Positions 48,487 through 62,956 are shown, counted from the stretch's first letter. The stretch is 64,000 bases of DNA from Marsupella aquatica (GCA_973895155.1 OZ316896.1:6900232-6964231); one strand, 5' to 3'. Notes: a model not told the origin generated them from the letters alone. A program made the numbers and translations.

Positions 48487-50699
48487 TAGCCGGCCATTAG
48501 GGATGCTACCCACTCCACATGGTGCGGGATGGGGTACTTGTACACCCTGAGCCACTAGTTATGCCACTTGGCCTCCACAACACATTTTAAAACACACATT
48601 TTGCATCATGGAAGGGCATCACCCAACTTTGGGCAAAACACTCCCAACTTGTATGACTTTGGAGTCATTTGCCCAAAGGGGTGCAAACCATTCTAATTTG
48701 GTCATTTGCAAGGGATCTTGAGTCATTTGTGCAGTTGACTAAAAGTTTTTGTCATTTGTGGAGTGCCGAGGGGTGTCATTTAAGCAAATGACACAAAAAT
48801 AAGTCATTGATGATGTCAATGCGGCAGTCAAGCATGCCATGGACAATATGACTCCTTGGCGTCGTTGGGGGCATATTCGCAATATACGTGATCGTAGCCG
48901 GCCATTAGGGATGCTACCCACTCCACATGGTGCGGGATGGGGTACTTGTACACCCTGAGCCACTAGTTGTGCCACTTGGCCTCCACGACACTTTTTAAAA
49001 TACACATTTTGCATCATGGAAGGGCATCACCCAACTTTGGGCAAAACACTCCCAAGTTGTATGACTTTGGAGTCATTTGCCCAAAGGGGTGCAAATCATT
49101 CTAATTTGGTCATTTGCAAGGGATCTTGAGTCATTTGTGCGTGTGACTAAAGGTTTTTGTCATTTGTGGAGTGCCGAGGGGTGTCATTTAAGCAAATGAC
49201 ACAAAAATAAGTCATTGATGATGTCAATGCGGCAGTCAAGCATGCCATGGACAATATGACTCCTTGGGGTCGTTGGGGGCTTATTCACAATATACGTGAT
49301 CATAGCCGGCCATTAGGGATGCTACCCACTCCACATGGTGCGGGATGGGGTACTTGTACACCCTGAGCCACTAGTTATGCCATTTGGCCTCCACAACACT
49401 TTTTAAAATACACATTTTGCATCATGGAAGGGCATCACCCAACTTTGGGCAAAACACTCCCAAGTTGTATGACTTTGGAGTCATTTGCCCAAAGGGGTGC
49501 AAATCATTCTAATTTGGTCATTTGCAAGGGATCTTGAGTCATTTGTGCGTGTGACTAAAGGTTTTTGTCATTTGTGGAGTGCTGAGGGGTGTCATTTAAG
49601 CAAATGACACAAAAATAAGTCATTGATGATGTCAATGCGGCAGTCAAGCATGCCATGGACAATATGACTCCTTGGGGTCGTTGGGGGCTTATTCGCAATA
49701 TACGTGATCATAGCCGGCCATTAGGGATGCTACCCACTCCACATGGTGCGGGATGGGGTACTTGTACACCCTGAGCCACTAGTTATGCCATTTGGCCTCC
49801 ACAACACTTTTTAAAATACACATTTTGCATCATGGAAGGGCATCACCCAACTTTGGGCAAAACACTCCCAAGTTGTATGACTTTGGAGTCATTTGCCCAA
49901 AGGGGTGCAAATCATTCTAATTTGGTCATTTGCAAGGGATCTTGAGTCATTTGTGCGTGTGACTAAAGGTTTTTGTCATTTGTGGAGTGCCGAGGGGTGT
50001 TATTTAAGCAAATGACACAAAAATAAGTCATTGATGATGTCAATGCGGCAGTCAAGCATGCCATGGACAATATGACTCCTTGGGGTCGTTGGGGGCTTAT
50101 TCACAATATACGTGATCATAGCCGGCCATTAGGGATGCTACCCACTCCACATGGTGCGGGATGGGGTACTTGTACACCCTGAGCCACTAGTTATGCCATT
50201 TGGCCTCCACAACACTTTTTAAAATACACATTTTGCATCATGGAAGGGCATCACCCAACTTTGGGCAAAACACTCCCAAGTTGTATGACTTTGGAGTCAT
50301 TTGCCCAAAGGGGTGCAAATCATTCTAATTTGGTCATTTGCAAGGGATCTTGAGTCATTTGTGCGTGTGACTAAAGGTTTTTGTCATTTGTGGAGTGCCG
50401 AGGGGTGTTATTTAAGCAAATGACACAAAAATAAGTCATTGATGATGTCAATGCGGCAGTCAAGCATGCCATGGACAATATGACTCCTTGGGGTCGTTGG
50501 GGGCTTATTCACAATATACGTGATCATAGCCGGCCATTAGGGATGCTACCAACTCCACATGGTGCGGGATGGGGTACTTGTACACCCTGAGCCACTAGTT
50601 ATGCCATTTGGCCTCCACAACACTTTTTAAAATACACATTTTGCATCTTGGCAGGGCATCACCCAACTTTGGGCAAAACACTCCCAACTTGTATGACTT
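48487..50699. repeat. 408-bp tandem array (about 5.4 near-identical units) inside the CACTA 5' arm
   Basis: AGCCGGCCATTAGGGATGC at 48488, 48896, 49304, 49712, 50120 and 50528. Confidence 0.95.
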
Positions 50700-53600
50700 T
50701 AGTGTCGTGAGATGTCATATTTGCAATTGACTATAGTACAAGTCATTCCATGTGTCAATGGCAGTGTCATTTAATCCTACTAAGGCAACATGTCCGGTGA
50801 GGGCCCCAAGTGTTGCAAGTTTACCCCTATTTGTTGATTTGCCAAAAAATTAGGGTCATATGTGGCCATGACTAAATTGGATGGGATTAGTCATCTAATA
50901 TGTCATTGTCTAAGTATGACAACATCCACCAAATTCTATTTTACCAATGTAGAGACGGTTCTCTCAGGGGATTTGGAGACATGCTTTTGGGGGGATTTTA
51001 CATGTATATTAAAGCGACTATGAGGGGAGGGATGTTACCATGGCCTCCTTTTACTTTAAGGGGTTTCATGGGTCCCCCTTCATCACCACCACCACCACCA
51101 CTTCCCTCTCCCCGATTTGGCATTTGTTTCCCGTTCCCATTCCCGTTGGACGTTGCATCTCCACCGTCCACATGTCATCCCCTCATGCCCTGGCACTGTC
51201 TTCCTTTAGTCGCGGGAACCTTGTGAAGCACCTAACTCACATTGGACTCCGTTTTGTGAAGAACATTGGCAGAGCATCTTGAATGTCGAGGGTTTCTGGC
51301 ATTTGCGCGTAGTCTTAAATGAAGGGTTTATCGTTGCAAGGCAGAGTCGTGTGCAGAGTTCCACTTACCACATTCTCACAAGCAACGTCTTTCACAAGTG
51401 CGGGATTGTATTGGGGACTTTAGTTGCAACCTCTAGGCTGCATCATAGGGTGAACAAGTGTGAAGGAGTTTCAGGGTTCTCAGCGGCTGTCCTGCCATCA
51501 CATTTTGTCTCCTATTGCGCCTATGCATTGTGCTTTTTGGCAAAGGACCCTCGTTTGGCCTGGGTTTTCTTCGGGCATTTTCCTCCAACGCCCGTCATTT
51601 GTTAACATAGTCGACGACATGTGTATGGAGTCTGCCTGATCCGGGCCTTGCCTTCTCGCAACTGTCGTTAAATCTCTACGTTGCGTTCCTTTCGCTCTAC
51701 TGCATCCTGCCTTTGTGTTCCCTCTGCTTTCGGCTCTGCATTTTGGTTAGTCAATCGAGGTTTAGGCGACCTTGGTTTTGGGCTGTACTCATCGGGAGGC
51801 GCGCAAGCTTGCTATAGAGGAGCTGCGCCGAGGCCGGAAGGCTTCTCCTTTTGCCATATAGTTTGCTTCTTGGTGGCCTTCAGTTTAGTCCTGCTTGGTG
51901 GCCTTCAGCTTAGTCCTGCTTGGTGGCCGAGACTACATTGTCCTGAGAGTGGCCGAGCTCTACTACAAGCACCTACTACAAGTGAGTTGCAATCAGGGAC
52001 CTGCTAGCAACTGCCTGCAAGGAAGGGGCGACCCGCTGCTGCAAGGGAGGGGTGTGAACGGAGCGGCTACCTACTGCTTCGGGGATTGGGTTAAGTGCGG
52101 CTGCAACCAGGTATTTTGTCCATGCTATATAAATCCTACTGCTTGCAATGTGTGTTGTAATCTGTTCTTCCTGTGATTCAATTTTGTTGCTAATATTCTA
52201 TGTAGAGCTCTCGCTTAGCTCATGAATGCTTTTGGACCCCTCTGTCTGTTTTTCTAGCTTTCTGAATGCCATATGCAACGACATTTTTTACCCCATGACT
52301 AGGCCTAGCATCTGCTACTTACTTTTTTTTGTGCCAACGCTACCTGAAACCCCACCTCAATCCTTGAGACTGCTGTTGCTTTCTAATGCTGTCATTTTCA
52401 CTTACACTGCCCAATGCTGTCAAATTTTGTTTTCAGTTTCAATGAAGGGCAATGTCTGGCGAGTAGTAGCAACAGCGATCAACCAAGAGTAGAGTCCCAG
52501 CTTGAAGGGCGTTTCCATTCTGGTCTGTATAGGTTTCCATGCATGTTCGTGCCTCTCTCAATCTATTTTTTTTCCTGCTATAAGATTGATTTTCCATTCT
52601 CGGATGTTCCTGGCTCAGCCCTGGGTTCGAAGAGGTTTTGGCAAAAATGAGTTTCGGCCTGTTTGAATTTGGGCTCCAGATGCCATACAATACAATGAAC
52701 CTGTACTTCGAAGCCATTCATTGCGTCGAGAGAGGGGTATTAGACGTCCCTTGTTCTCATTGTCATGATATTACCTGAAGAAAATAAAATGCAAGCTTTT
52801 AGCGTAGATTGACTGAAATTAAGGTACCATGTCAGAAGAGACAGCAGATAGCCTTTTGCTTCCAGGTCGCTTTTTGTTGCGGTGGTGCTTCATTCCAAGG
52901 TGACGTTTTCTACAAAAATCCTCAACGAAGTTGCTACAAACTCACTAATTCCCTTGGAGGGCGATTCTGATTTAATTCATGAATTCCGTATTGTCTCCAT
53001 CACTGTCGTTCGCTTCATCAGTTTTGTTCTATGCTTCCTATCTTGTGTTTCCACATATCTTGATCAGCGTGAAATGATCACTACAGTAATTAACTATGTA
53101 GCTAACTGTAGGTTGTGGAAAAACCCGAAGCTGGAAGCTTAATTTAATCTTACCTTTTGTTCTTGGCTCAGCCCAGGGTGGGCTGTGCATCATTTTATGA
53201 GCTCAGAACCATTCTGCAGAGCAAAAAATATCGGTGGAATATATTTGTGAGATTTAAAGAAGTGGAATGAATTGATGTCCGTCAAGATCAATACGCAGGT
53301 TCTCATTATTTGTAGGAACAACAACAAATTGTAACAGTCTTTGACAATATGAAAGAAATTGATTGTGCTCTTCATAGGAGATATACTTTGCTCACTATGT
53401 GTAATGTTGTGCAAGAAACTCCTTTTCCAAAATCAAAGATTGTTTCTCTGATTTGAGGTGGATATTGGAGCTACAAGGACCTGCGGGTGAGCTTTGAGAA
53501 TCTCCTTGCTGCAAGGTGAGAGTCTTTCCTGGTCGTGAACTTATGTCCTCTCATAGTCTCATTTAATTTTGAGGAACAATCCATATGCTTCCGTGGCATG

Positions 53601-54158
53601 GGTCATCTGTCAAATTTTTACTGTGCATTGCTCAAGTCTGTGGATGGTTCACTTGAATTGATTTAGTGGCTTGTGTCTTGCCATGGCTTCCCTTCATTAT
53701 TCGGGAATGTCCGCATTCACAGAATAGATTGCTTTTCTCCTGCCATCCCTTGGCCACTTGCTTTGCATTTCCATTTGCATTTCGCTTATTGCTCTGCCTC
53801 TCTCCCAATCTCCTTCAAATAACCATTACCACTTACAATATTCTATGAGGAGTAGGTTGTGTACCCAAGTAAATGATTTCCAATCTAATATGCTCAGTGT
53901 TTACCTATTGTTGGCATGCATGTACTATTCTATTGTCAATGAAGGCTAACGTGGGGGCTGCCTTTACGTCAGTTGGAGTACTCTACCTCAATTGTATGTA
54001 CAGTATCCTTCACTTGTGCACACATTTGCTTCACATGATGCTCTAGAAGATAGTATGGAAGGGTTTGGAGTGGTCTAGAACAAATTCATATGCTGTGCAA
54101 TATGACACAGAAGAAAGAAACTGTGCAATTGTGTATTTGATTAGGTAGTGCTGCAATC

Positions 54159-57100
54159 ATGGCTTCTTCTAGCCAGACTGGGTCACGCAACACTGGACAT
54201 ACAACAGAGGCAGTTCACCATCCAAATGTGCCTTCCTTCGATCCGAGTCGAATCCAACGTCGAGATGATAATTTATGGGCCCGAGAACAGAGAGCCTGTG
54301 CTGGTAGTGCTGATCATAGAATGTATTGCCCTTGCATGCGATGCAAAGGGAATTATAAGACCACTCGAAAGACTACTCGACAACATCTTGTTAAGCATGG
54401 TCGCTACCCTGCTTGTAGAGTCTGGGTAGGAGAGGGTCAGGACTCTTCTGATGAGGAGTGGAGAACTGATTATATACGCCACTATGGCCCTGAGGCATTG
54501 AAAGCTAGAAATTGCCCTGAGGCATTGAAGGCAGGAAATTGCCCTGAGGCAACCCACACAGACCACCCTGCAATAGATGTTGAACTGCAGGTCAGAGCTT
54601 TACTTGAGGAGACAATGGCTAGAGCTTCTGAAGAAAGTGATGAATTTGTGGATAACATAGCTCCTTTTGATTTAGACTCAATGTTTCAGAATGATGAGAA
54701 TGATCAAAACGATCAGAATGAGCAGAATGAGGCAGATACAGCCTCTACTGAGGCCAATCATGAGGGCACAAATCTCTCAGGACCTCCAATAGACCCTGTG
54801 CCTGTCCAAGGGTCTTTAGAAGAGGCCATGCGACCTTTATATCCAGGGAGTAAGATAGATGTAGTTTCTTTTATGTTGTTGTTCTTGAACATTTGTCACA
54901 ACAATCGTTTCTCAAACACGGGAGTGAATGCCATGCTGTCTTTGTTGACTGAGCATGGAATGCCAACAGAGCACACTCTCCCTAAGAACCTATATGCTGC
55001 GAAACAATTACTGCGGAAACTAGGTTTAGATTATGAGAGAATCCCAGTATGTGAAAATGGATGTATGTTATTTAGAGGTGACACTGTGCACTTGGAAAAT
55101 TGTTCCAAGTGTGGCCAGCCAAAGATGAAGTTAGTGGGGAATTCAAAACAGCCTGTGAAGGTGTTGAGATATTTCCCTATAATCCCTCGATTGAAGAGAT
55201 TGTATGCCACGAAAGGGACTTCTAAACTCATGACTTGGCATCATGAGAACAAGAGCAAGGACAACATGGTCCGGCATCCAGCAGATTCAAAGGCATGGAA
55301 ACATGTGGATACAGAGATCGACCCTGGTTTTGCTGCTGAGCCAAGGAATGTCCGAATGGGATTGGCACTTGATTGGGTAAATCCATTTGGGAATAATTCC
55401 ACTGCTTGGTCTACCTGGCCAATCTTGCTGCTGAATTATAATATCCCTCCTTGGCTTACCACAAAAAAATTCTTTGTCATGCTGGCTCTTCTAATTCCGG
55501 GCCATGAGTCAGTAACTGAGGAGCAGTTTGATATATACATGGCTCTAGTTGTGGATGAGCTTGTGACACTATGGAAAGAAGGAGTGGATTGTTTTGATGT
55601 TCTACCAAGGCCTGGATTGCCTCAACAATTCAAGCTAAGGGCTTCGGTATTGTGGACAATCAATGATTACCCTGCATATGGTTTAGTTTCTGGCCAACAA
55701 CATGCAGGGTATAGAGGATGTGTTGTTTGTGGGCCAAAATGCATGGCACAAGGTTCTTCACACTTGAAAAAGTTACTGTTTGCTGGCCATCGTCGATGGT
55801 TACCACCTAGGCATCCTTTTCGCAGTCAAGAAGTGGCAAAATACTTTGATGGGGAGGTTGAGGCAGAACCTGCACCATGTAGAATGTCCAGCTCTGACAG
55901 GCTACATTGGGGAGAGGAGACAACTGCGTATGTGAAAAAGAAAGCAGGGAATAAATTTGATGATGATGATTCTCCAATAAAGACGCATGGAGTGAAGAGG
56001 GCTACTGGATTATACAAGTTGCCTTACTGGAGTGTAAGTATCTGGTTCCTAATTGTCCAATCCACTTAGTTTGTGTACTCCTATGCAGTAAAGTTCTGCA
56101 TTCTTGATTCTAACTCACTTTGTATTGCACTGTCTAATGCAACAACTTCTCATCAACCATTGTCTTGATCCAATGCACTGTGAGAAGAATCTTGCCCACA
56201 ACATTGTACATACTATCCTGGGAACTAAGGATACTCCTGCTGTTCGAGAGGACATGAAAGACCTGCAAGTGCGAGAACACCTGTGGCTTGTACCGAATAA
56301 GGATCCAAAAGGTCCTAAGGTCATGCCACCAGCCCCATATTGCTTGAGTAAGAGTGAGAAGACAAAGTTCTTGGAGGTATTGTTGACCTTCAAAGGGCCC
56401 ACTGGTTTTGCTAGTTCTCTGGCTAGGTGTGTTACAGTCAAGAAGAAGTTATCTGGGTTGAAATCTCATGATTTCCATCACCTCATGCAACAAATTATCC
56501 CGTTGGCAACTATGGGATTACTTGATGAAGGTGTTCGCTTGGCCATTGCTAGGGTGAGCAATGTGTGGCGTAACATCTGTGCCAAGGTTTGGGATCCTTC
56601 ACAGTACAATGACCTGATGATGGATGTTGCATTCACACTTTGCATTATGGAAATTCACTTCCCACCAAGTTTCTTTGATGTGATGACCCACTTGATGATT
56701 CATGTAGTGGAGGAACTAGACCTGTGTGGCCCAGTGAACATTAGATGGATGTATCCAATAGAAAGGCATCTGAAGACCTTGAAAGGTTTTGTTCGAAACA
56801 AGGCACGTCCAGAGGCTTCCATGGCTGAAGGCTACATTCTAGATGAATCCATAGGATTCCTTTCTGAGTACATGATAGATGCTAAAGGGACAGGAAAGAG
56901 AACATGGGACTTGGAGGAGGATCCTGGTGTTGCAGGCATTGTCTTGGAAGGAGCTGCAAAAGAGAGAACCATGCAATGGAGTGAAATGATAGCTATGCAT
57001 CATTACATACTGGAGAATGAAGAGCAAGTGAAACCATGGTACAGGTATGAGCTTGGTCCATTGAGGCATGTTGATTATCATTATGATTATTAATTGACAG

Positions 57101-58014
57101 TCAATAGTCTAAAATGTTTTGTTGTTTGTGTGGGACTAGAAGTTGACATTGGTAATTGTTGCCATGCATGTAGGATTTATGATGATGCCAATGAGGTCAT
57201 CACCAAGCGCAGAGCAGAAATCAGGAAAGAATGGATGAAGAATCTAGGGAATCGAAAGCGTCCTGTACAGTATCCCTCTGATTTGAGAGAGTTACCTCCT
57301 TTCACAGAATGGTTTGAAGCTTCAATTAGGTCCCACCATTTTGAGGATGAGGTTCAAAGATCTATGCTGACAGGGTACAGTGTACCACCTAGTTTGAAGG
57401 TGTTGCAATATAAGGCCTGCAGAGCCTACGGGCATCATTGGAGAACCGTTCCATCACTTGGCTCTTTGATTGACTGTGACTCTTCTAGGTTCAAGACATT
57501 TGATTCTGGGATGGCTTCTACATTCACTGAGAAGCGAGTGAATAGAGCAGGTGCAACAATAGATGAGTTAGTGCAGTATGTGGGAGTGTTGACAGACATA
57601 TTAGTACTAAACTATGGGGGATTGAGAAAGGAAGTGGTCCTTTTCAAAGGGCGATGGGCAAACCCATCTTGGACTCCTAAAGCCTCTGCAAGTATGAGGT
57701 ATTCAGAGTCTGGCCTTTGGCAGGTGAATTTTCAGAAGGAGCTTGGTGCTTCCAAAAGAATGGACTATGTATTCCCACGGCAGTTAGAGCAAGTGTTCTT
57801 TTACCCGAATGAGAAGGGGATTGCATGGAGGACAGTCCTCCACAAAGAATCCAGGTCTACAAGGGTGGTCGGTGAATATATGGAAGTTGATTTTCATGAT
57901 ACTATGGAAAACAATGCCAAGTATCACATACAGCTAGCAGAAGCCTGTACCAGTAGATCGCAGCCTGGCCCAAGTACTACCGACAAAGGAAAAAGGAAGT
58001 ATAAAAAGAAGTAA
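54159..58014 (+). CDS. Tnp2/TnpD transposase of CACTA copy B; predicted exons 54159-56033, 56143-57044, 57174-58014; probably defective
   Basis: Same motifs as copy A; intron-1 acceptor is CAA at 56140-56142 (CAG in copy A); LALDW replaces LALDG. Confidence 0.88.
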
Positions 58015-58100
58015 TCAGGTTGTAGCTTAGTTACAATCAGGGTATGTTTGGTTTATTTAATTTAGACTAAAGTTTTATCCATGGATGCTCCAGTTTGTGA

Positions 58101-61100
58101 ATGCAGCCTACCGTTCCATATGAGGAGGAACGAAATAGGAACATAGCAGAAATCAACAAGAAATTGGCAGAGCTACTTGGTGACAGTCCAAGCCTTTTCA
58201 TGTGTGTATGAACTTGTCCTGTTGCAATCGGATTGAATTACAGTCTTTGCTCTTGTGTCAAATCAGTTTCTTCCATGCTGAACACATGTTCTCTCTTATG
58301 GTGTTGATCTATTAATGTTTGGTTTGTTAGAAAGAGTGCAGCACAGGTAGGGCCCAAAAAGAGAAGTTGTGCACATCGAGCATCTACTACAACTCAGATA
58401 ACCACACAGAGAAGGCAGAGCTCTAGATTATCAAAGCTTGCGACAGTGAACATGGAAGAGTCTGGTGAGGAGGGCTCTGGATCAGAATACGACACTGAGG
58501 CTGAGTACACAGCAGATGATGGACCAGATAATTTGTCCAAGGTAATCTTGTTTTATTTCAATACCCTTGAAGGGAGTAACATGTATGTTGAACAGTAATG
58601 TCATCAAGTTACAAGACATTGTGTGTTACTTGGCCAGGAGGTACAAAAGGAACCACAGAATAAGTCTGCAGAGAAACAACCTGCCCCCAGCAGGGTAGGG
58701 CCTACAATGAATGGAATGGTGCAATGTTGGAGAGACCCTGCCACTGGCGAGCTATGGCAAAGTGAGAAACCCTAAACGCTTTCCAATGCATTGTGATTTT
58801 TTATTTCCTCAAAATTTCAAAATTCTGTGAAATAATGTTGATTTATGTCAACAATAAGACTCATGACCTGAGTGGTTGGTGTGACTTTTAGTGGTTCCAT
58901 CAGCATCCCTCGGAAAATCAGGACAGTCTGGAGTAGTGAGCTCTACTCAACGTTCAGGTATGTCAAAGTCATTCATGACTTGTGAAGGTTCAGTTTTCTT
59001 TGTGTATTACACAATTATGAGATCTAATTTTGCAAGCTGCAATGTAGAGAACACCAACAATCCATCCCAGCAGCGTAGGCAGTCTAGGCAGGCCAAGAGG
59101 AAATTTGATGCTACTTATCAACAGAGGAAGTCTCAAAACCTGAAGGGCAAAGAAATAGCGGTAAGACTTGAATTACTCCACAGATCTACTGTCAGTTGAG
59201 CTTTGTCCTTTTGTGCCCTACAAATTACAAGGTGTACAATTTTATTTACACAGTAACTGTGGTGCTTGTTCATGTGTAGAAATTGATCGATCATGGTGGT
59301 TTTTGCAGGTTTTTGACAATGATATTGACGATTCTCATCCAAATAAACAGTACTGGATGGAAGACCTGCGTACCGCTGTGCTTAGATGTTTTGACATTTC
59401 CGTGCCAGATTGGAACCGACAATCTCCAAAGACTGTTGAAGACGTGTGGGGATTGATGAATGCTGATTGGGAGTACATTGGTGGAGGAAAAATAAGTGAC
59501 AAGAAATTTAGCAGTCACTGCCGTACGTTACTGAAGCGAGAACGTCACAAGTTGCATACTTATTGGAGGAAGGTATGTGGTGCTGATCGTTCCAAACCTG
59601 GACCCTCATATTTGGATCCACAGAAGTGGGCAAGACTAGTGGATCATTTCACAAGTCCAGCATTGATTGCAAAGAGCGCTGTCATGAAGGCAAGGAGAGC
59701 AGAAGTGGTAAATATGGAGCATTTTGGCAGGGGAGGTGCTAATGCAGCAGCCAAACGATTGGTAAGAACATTCCATGATTTTACTATTTGCTATAGTTGT
59801 CCACTAGAATCTCATATTCTGTTTGCTAGAATAGTCCATGATGTTAGCTTTCATTGACATTTATCTTGGATTGTATTTGATTGTCTCTTTCCAGAAGCGG
59901 CAAAGAGGGGCAAGTCCAGGTATAACAGAGGTGAAGGCCCCTATTCCTGTTTGTTCAGCTCCGAAGGTGGTTGTCAGCCCATGTGTGGCAAGCACCGAAC
60001 AACCTGGTAGTTTTGTTGGGCTTGGATCCGCACCTGGATCAGCACATGGATCAGCAGTATGTAACCCTAAACCCATTCATGTCTGAATATCTAAGTTGTT
60101 GGACTATGGTAGTTTGTGCCCAGTACTATCAAATTGTCGGACTCTAGTTGTTTCCCAACAGACTCACAAAACTAACTTGTCTGTTTGTGAATGCAGACTC
60201 CACTTTCAAGGGATACTGCTCCTGTTAATCCACAACGAATATGTAAAATAGAGCAGAGTTTGGAGAGTTTGACATCATTGATGACTAACTTCATTGTACA
60301 GCATCAACAACAATGGCAGATAAGCCAATCCAATGATGTACCTACATCATTGCCAAGTGGTAGTAAGGTTGCTATTGAACCAAAAGGCAGTAGCAGAAAA
60401 CGGTCTTTGACTTTCTCTGGTGAGTGCCCTGGTAAGTACTTGATAACTTGGCCCATTTAGACTTGCACAAAATCCAATCTCTTGCACAGAATATGGTCTC
60501 TTCTTACAGTTCAATTTTCTAAGCAATGGTTGTTTTGGATTGTCATAGCTTCTTCAGGAGAGAATCCTGTATCGCAGGGAGCAAAGACCATTTCTTCAGG
60601 AGAGAATCATGATTTGCAAGGAACAAATGTTGACGTGATAACAATGAAAGAGCCATCTCTTGTACAAGAACAACGAGAAAACCCAATTACTGTCCTGCAG
60701 GAGCAAGATGATGTTGAGAAAGAAACCACAGATGTAGTGGCTAAGGAACATGCAACACCACTGAAGAAATCAAAGAAGTCCAAGAAATCAAGTTTTGTTC
60801 CTGTCTCGCCTAGTGTACATCGTGTACCAGTAGTCTCTCCAAACCCAACGGCAAAGGTAATGAAATTGTATTATTTTTTTGCATAGTAAGTTTCAGTTGT
60901 GTTGTCTCTCTATCTGTTTTGTATCAGTAAATACTAATTGAAGTGTGGTTGACATTAACAGTTTATGCGAGGAGATGCTGTTGAGTTAAGAAGCATTGTG
61001 GACCGCTCTGTACTTGCATTGGCTCAAGTTACAGGGCTGCCAGGAGAAGATCGGTTTCATTGTGCCTCGTTTGAGAGTCCTTTTATTCGTGTAAGTGTGA

Positions 61101-61222
61101 AGGAAGTGTTTTGTCCTGAAGCGGCTTTGCCAATTCCAAATGCAGAGGAGAAGCAAATATGTTTAGGGGATGTGAAAGGGATGAATGCTTTATGGAATTC
61201 TAGATACCTTCGAAAGTATTAG
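58101..61222 (+). CDS. TnpA-like spliced gene of CACTA copy B (exon boundaries approximate)
   Basis: Ptta/En/Spm-like exon near 59309-59761 and Tnp1-like terminal exon near 60962-61222. Confidence 0.65.
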
Positions 61223-62326
61223 ATTGTAGATCAGGCCAGCTCTCTTGAAATTTTGGTCTCAATTTTGTTGAAGTGTACATGAAAAGAACATCTTCATCTA
61301 TGTTATTTGCAGAGTTATAGACTTCTGTGGAACAGTGAGGTGTTTTTTGTGTACTTGTCCACTAAAGGCAATATATAGTAAGTATTTTTGTATTTCATTC
61401 ATATGATTCTGAAATGTAGCACAGTCTCTTGGTATGATGGCATGGTCATAGAGTTGACATTGTTGTTCAGAGGACCTTCTCAAATTGTTGCGAAAGCATT
61501 TTTGGATGCGAGTCTCTTGTTCTTGAGTCTCTTGTCCCTAAACCCTAAACCCAATGTGACAATCTAAATGATATCTTCTATGACGCCTTGGATGTATTAT
61601 CGAAATGACACCTTAAATGACACTTGCAATGGACTACCAAAATGACATTATAATTGGCTACCAAAATGACAATACAATTGACTACCCATATGACTACACG
61701 TGTAATATTGTCTTTATCTATGTCTTTGTCATTTAGATAGTTACTCAAATATGTCTAAAATGACTCCATGTGTCAAATTAGCATTTGCCAACGTTTGGTC
61801 AAATGGCTTGTCATTTCGGATATCCTAATGACTGCACGTGGCCCATTGTTATTCACTGTTATTCTGTCATTTCTTATGTCATTTTGTCATTTTGTATGTC
61901 CAAAATGACTTAAAATTCATTAACTTAAAGGGTCACAATCCACCACGTGGCGCACTCTCATTTGTTCTATATTTTACGTCATTTACGACTTGTCTTATAT
62001 GACTCGTTAAATAGTCACATCGATGAACATTTTGACGCCACGTGTTGTGATACTATTAGTTAATGTTGCGTCATTTAAGACGTCTCTCAATGACTGACGG
62101 CCGTCTAACTAGTCATTTTGGATTTGTAGTCATTATGGACTTTCTGTCATTTATGCAACGCTTTAAATGACCAAAGTAGTTTTAGTCATTTGTCACGAAT
62201 GACTGTGACTAAAATGTCCGTTAGTACTCGACCGGAAAGACTGTTTTGGACCAGTCATTACTTGGTAAAAATGACTGGGTTTTTAGTCTTTGTTGCAGTC
62301 TTTTAGAACCCTATTTTGTACTAGTG

Positions 62327-62956
62327 TCAAAGCAATAGAAACTAACTAATTAAAGGGTGATACTATAATTGTAGGTCACGCACCCTGGTGCGTGTCAATC
62401 TTTTTTGTATTCAACCCTATAGTAATTAAATAGACAAGTTAGTTAGTTGGTTAGTTTATTTAAGATATAATATTAGTTAGTGGGCCCTTAGTTTGGTGAT
62501 ATTAAGGCATGATATTATTGACATTCAAATGAATGTCCAGTAGACATTGTAATATACAACAATCCTATTAATTGTTGTAAAGAAACTAATTAATTAAAGG
62601 GTGGTACTTACTATGATTGTAGGTCACGCACCCTGGTGCGTGTCAATCTTTTTTGTATTCAACCCTATAATAATTAAATAGACAATTGAAACAATGAATG
62701 ACAGTTTAATTAAGGATTTGTGCATGGATCAAGAGGTACTTGATGTCATTTAGTGATGCATTGTTATAAAGATCTTGCAGCAAAACATTTGAAGTTTTTG
62801 ACTATCCCACCAAATGTTAAAGAGGTTGATCATTCATTAACTAATAATATTTAGATAAAATTGGAATTAATCTAATACTTCAGTATTCCTTAAATTGGGG
62901 TTATATCTGTTTTCTTAATATGTTTCAATTCGTTTCTCACCGGGCTGCCCCACTCA
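62327..62956 (+). mobile_element. Probable right arm of the Sola-like host element
   Basis: About 140 bp at 62432-62570 duplicates 47810-47950; palindrome GTCACGCACCCTGGTGCGTGTC occurs twice; abrupt switch to L1 coding sequence after ...CCCCACTC. Confidence 0.55.

Larger units (their letters stand above)
48037..62326 (+). mobile_element. Complete CACTA/EnSpm transposon copy B (14290 bp)
   Basis: TIRs CACTAGTAGAAAATGGGG at 48037 and CCCTATTTTGTACTAGTG ending at 62326; 3-bp TSD TCA at 48034-48036 and 62327-62329; AAATGAC subterminal repeats. Confidence 0.97.

Noticed and set aside
50900-53180. Captured host genes in the CACTA 5' region
   Set aside because: Only short ORFs without recognisable domains; cannot be supported without a database search
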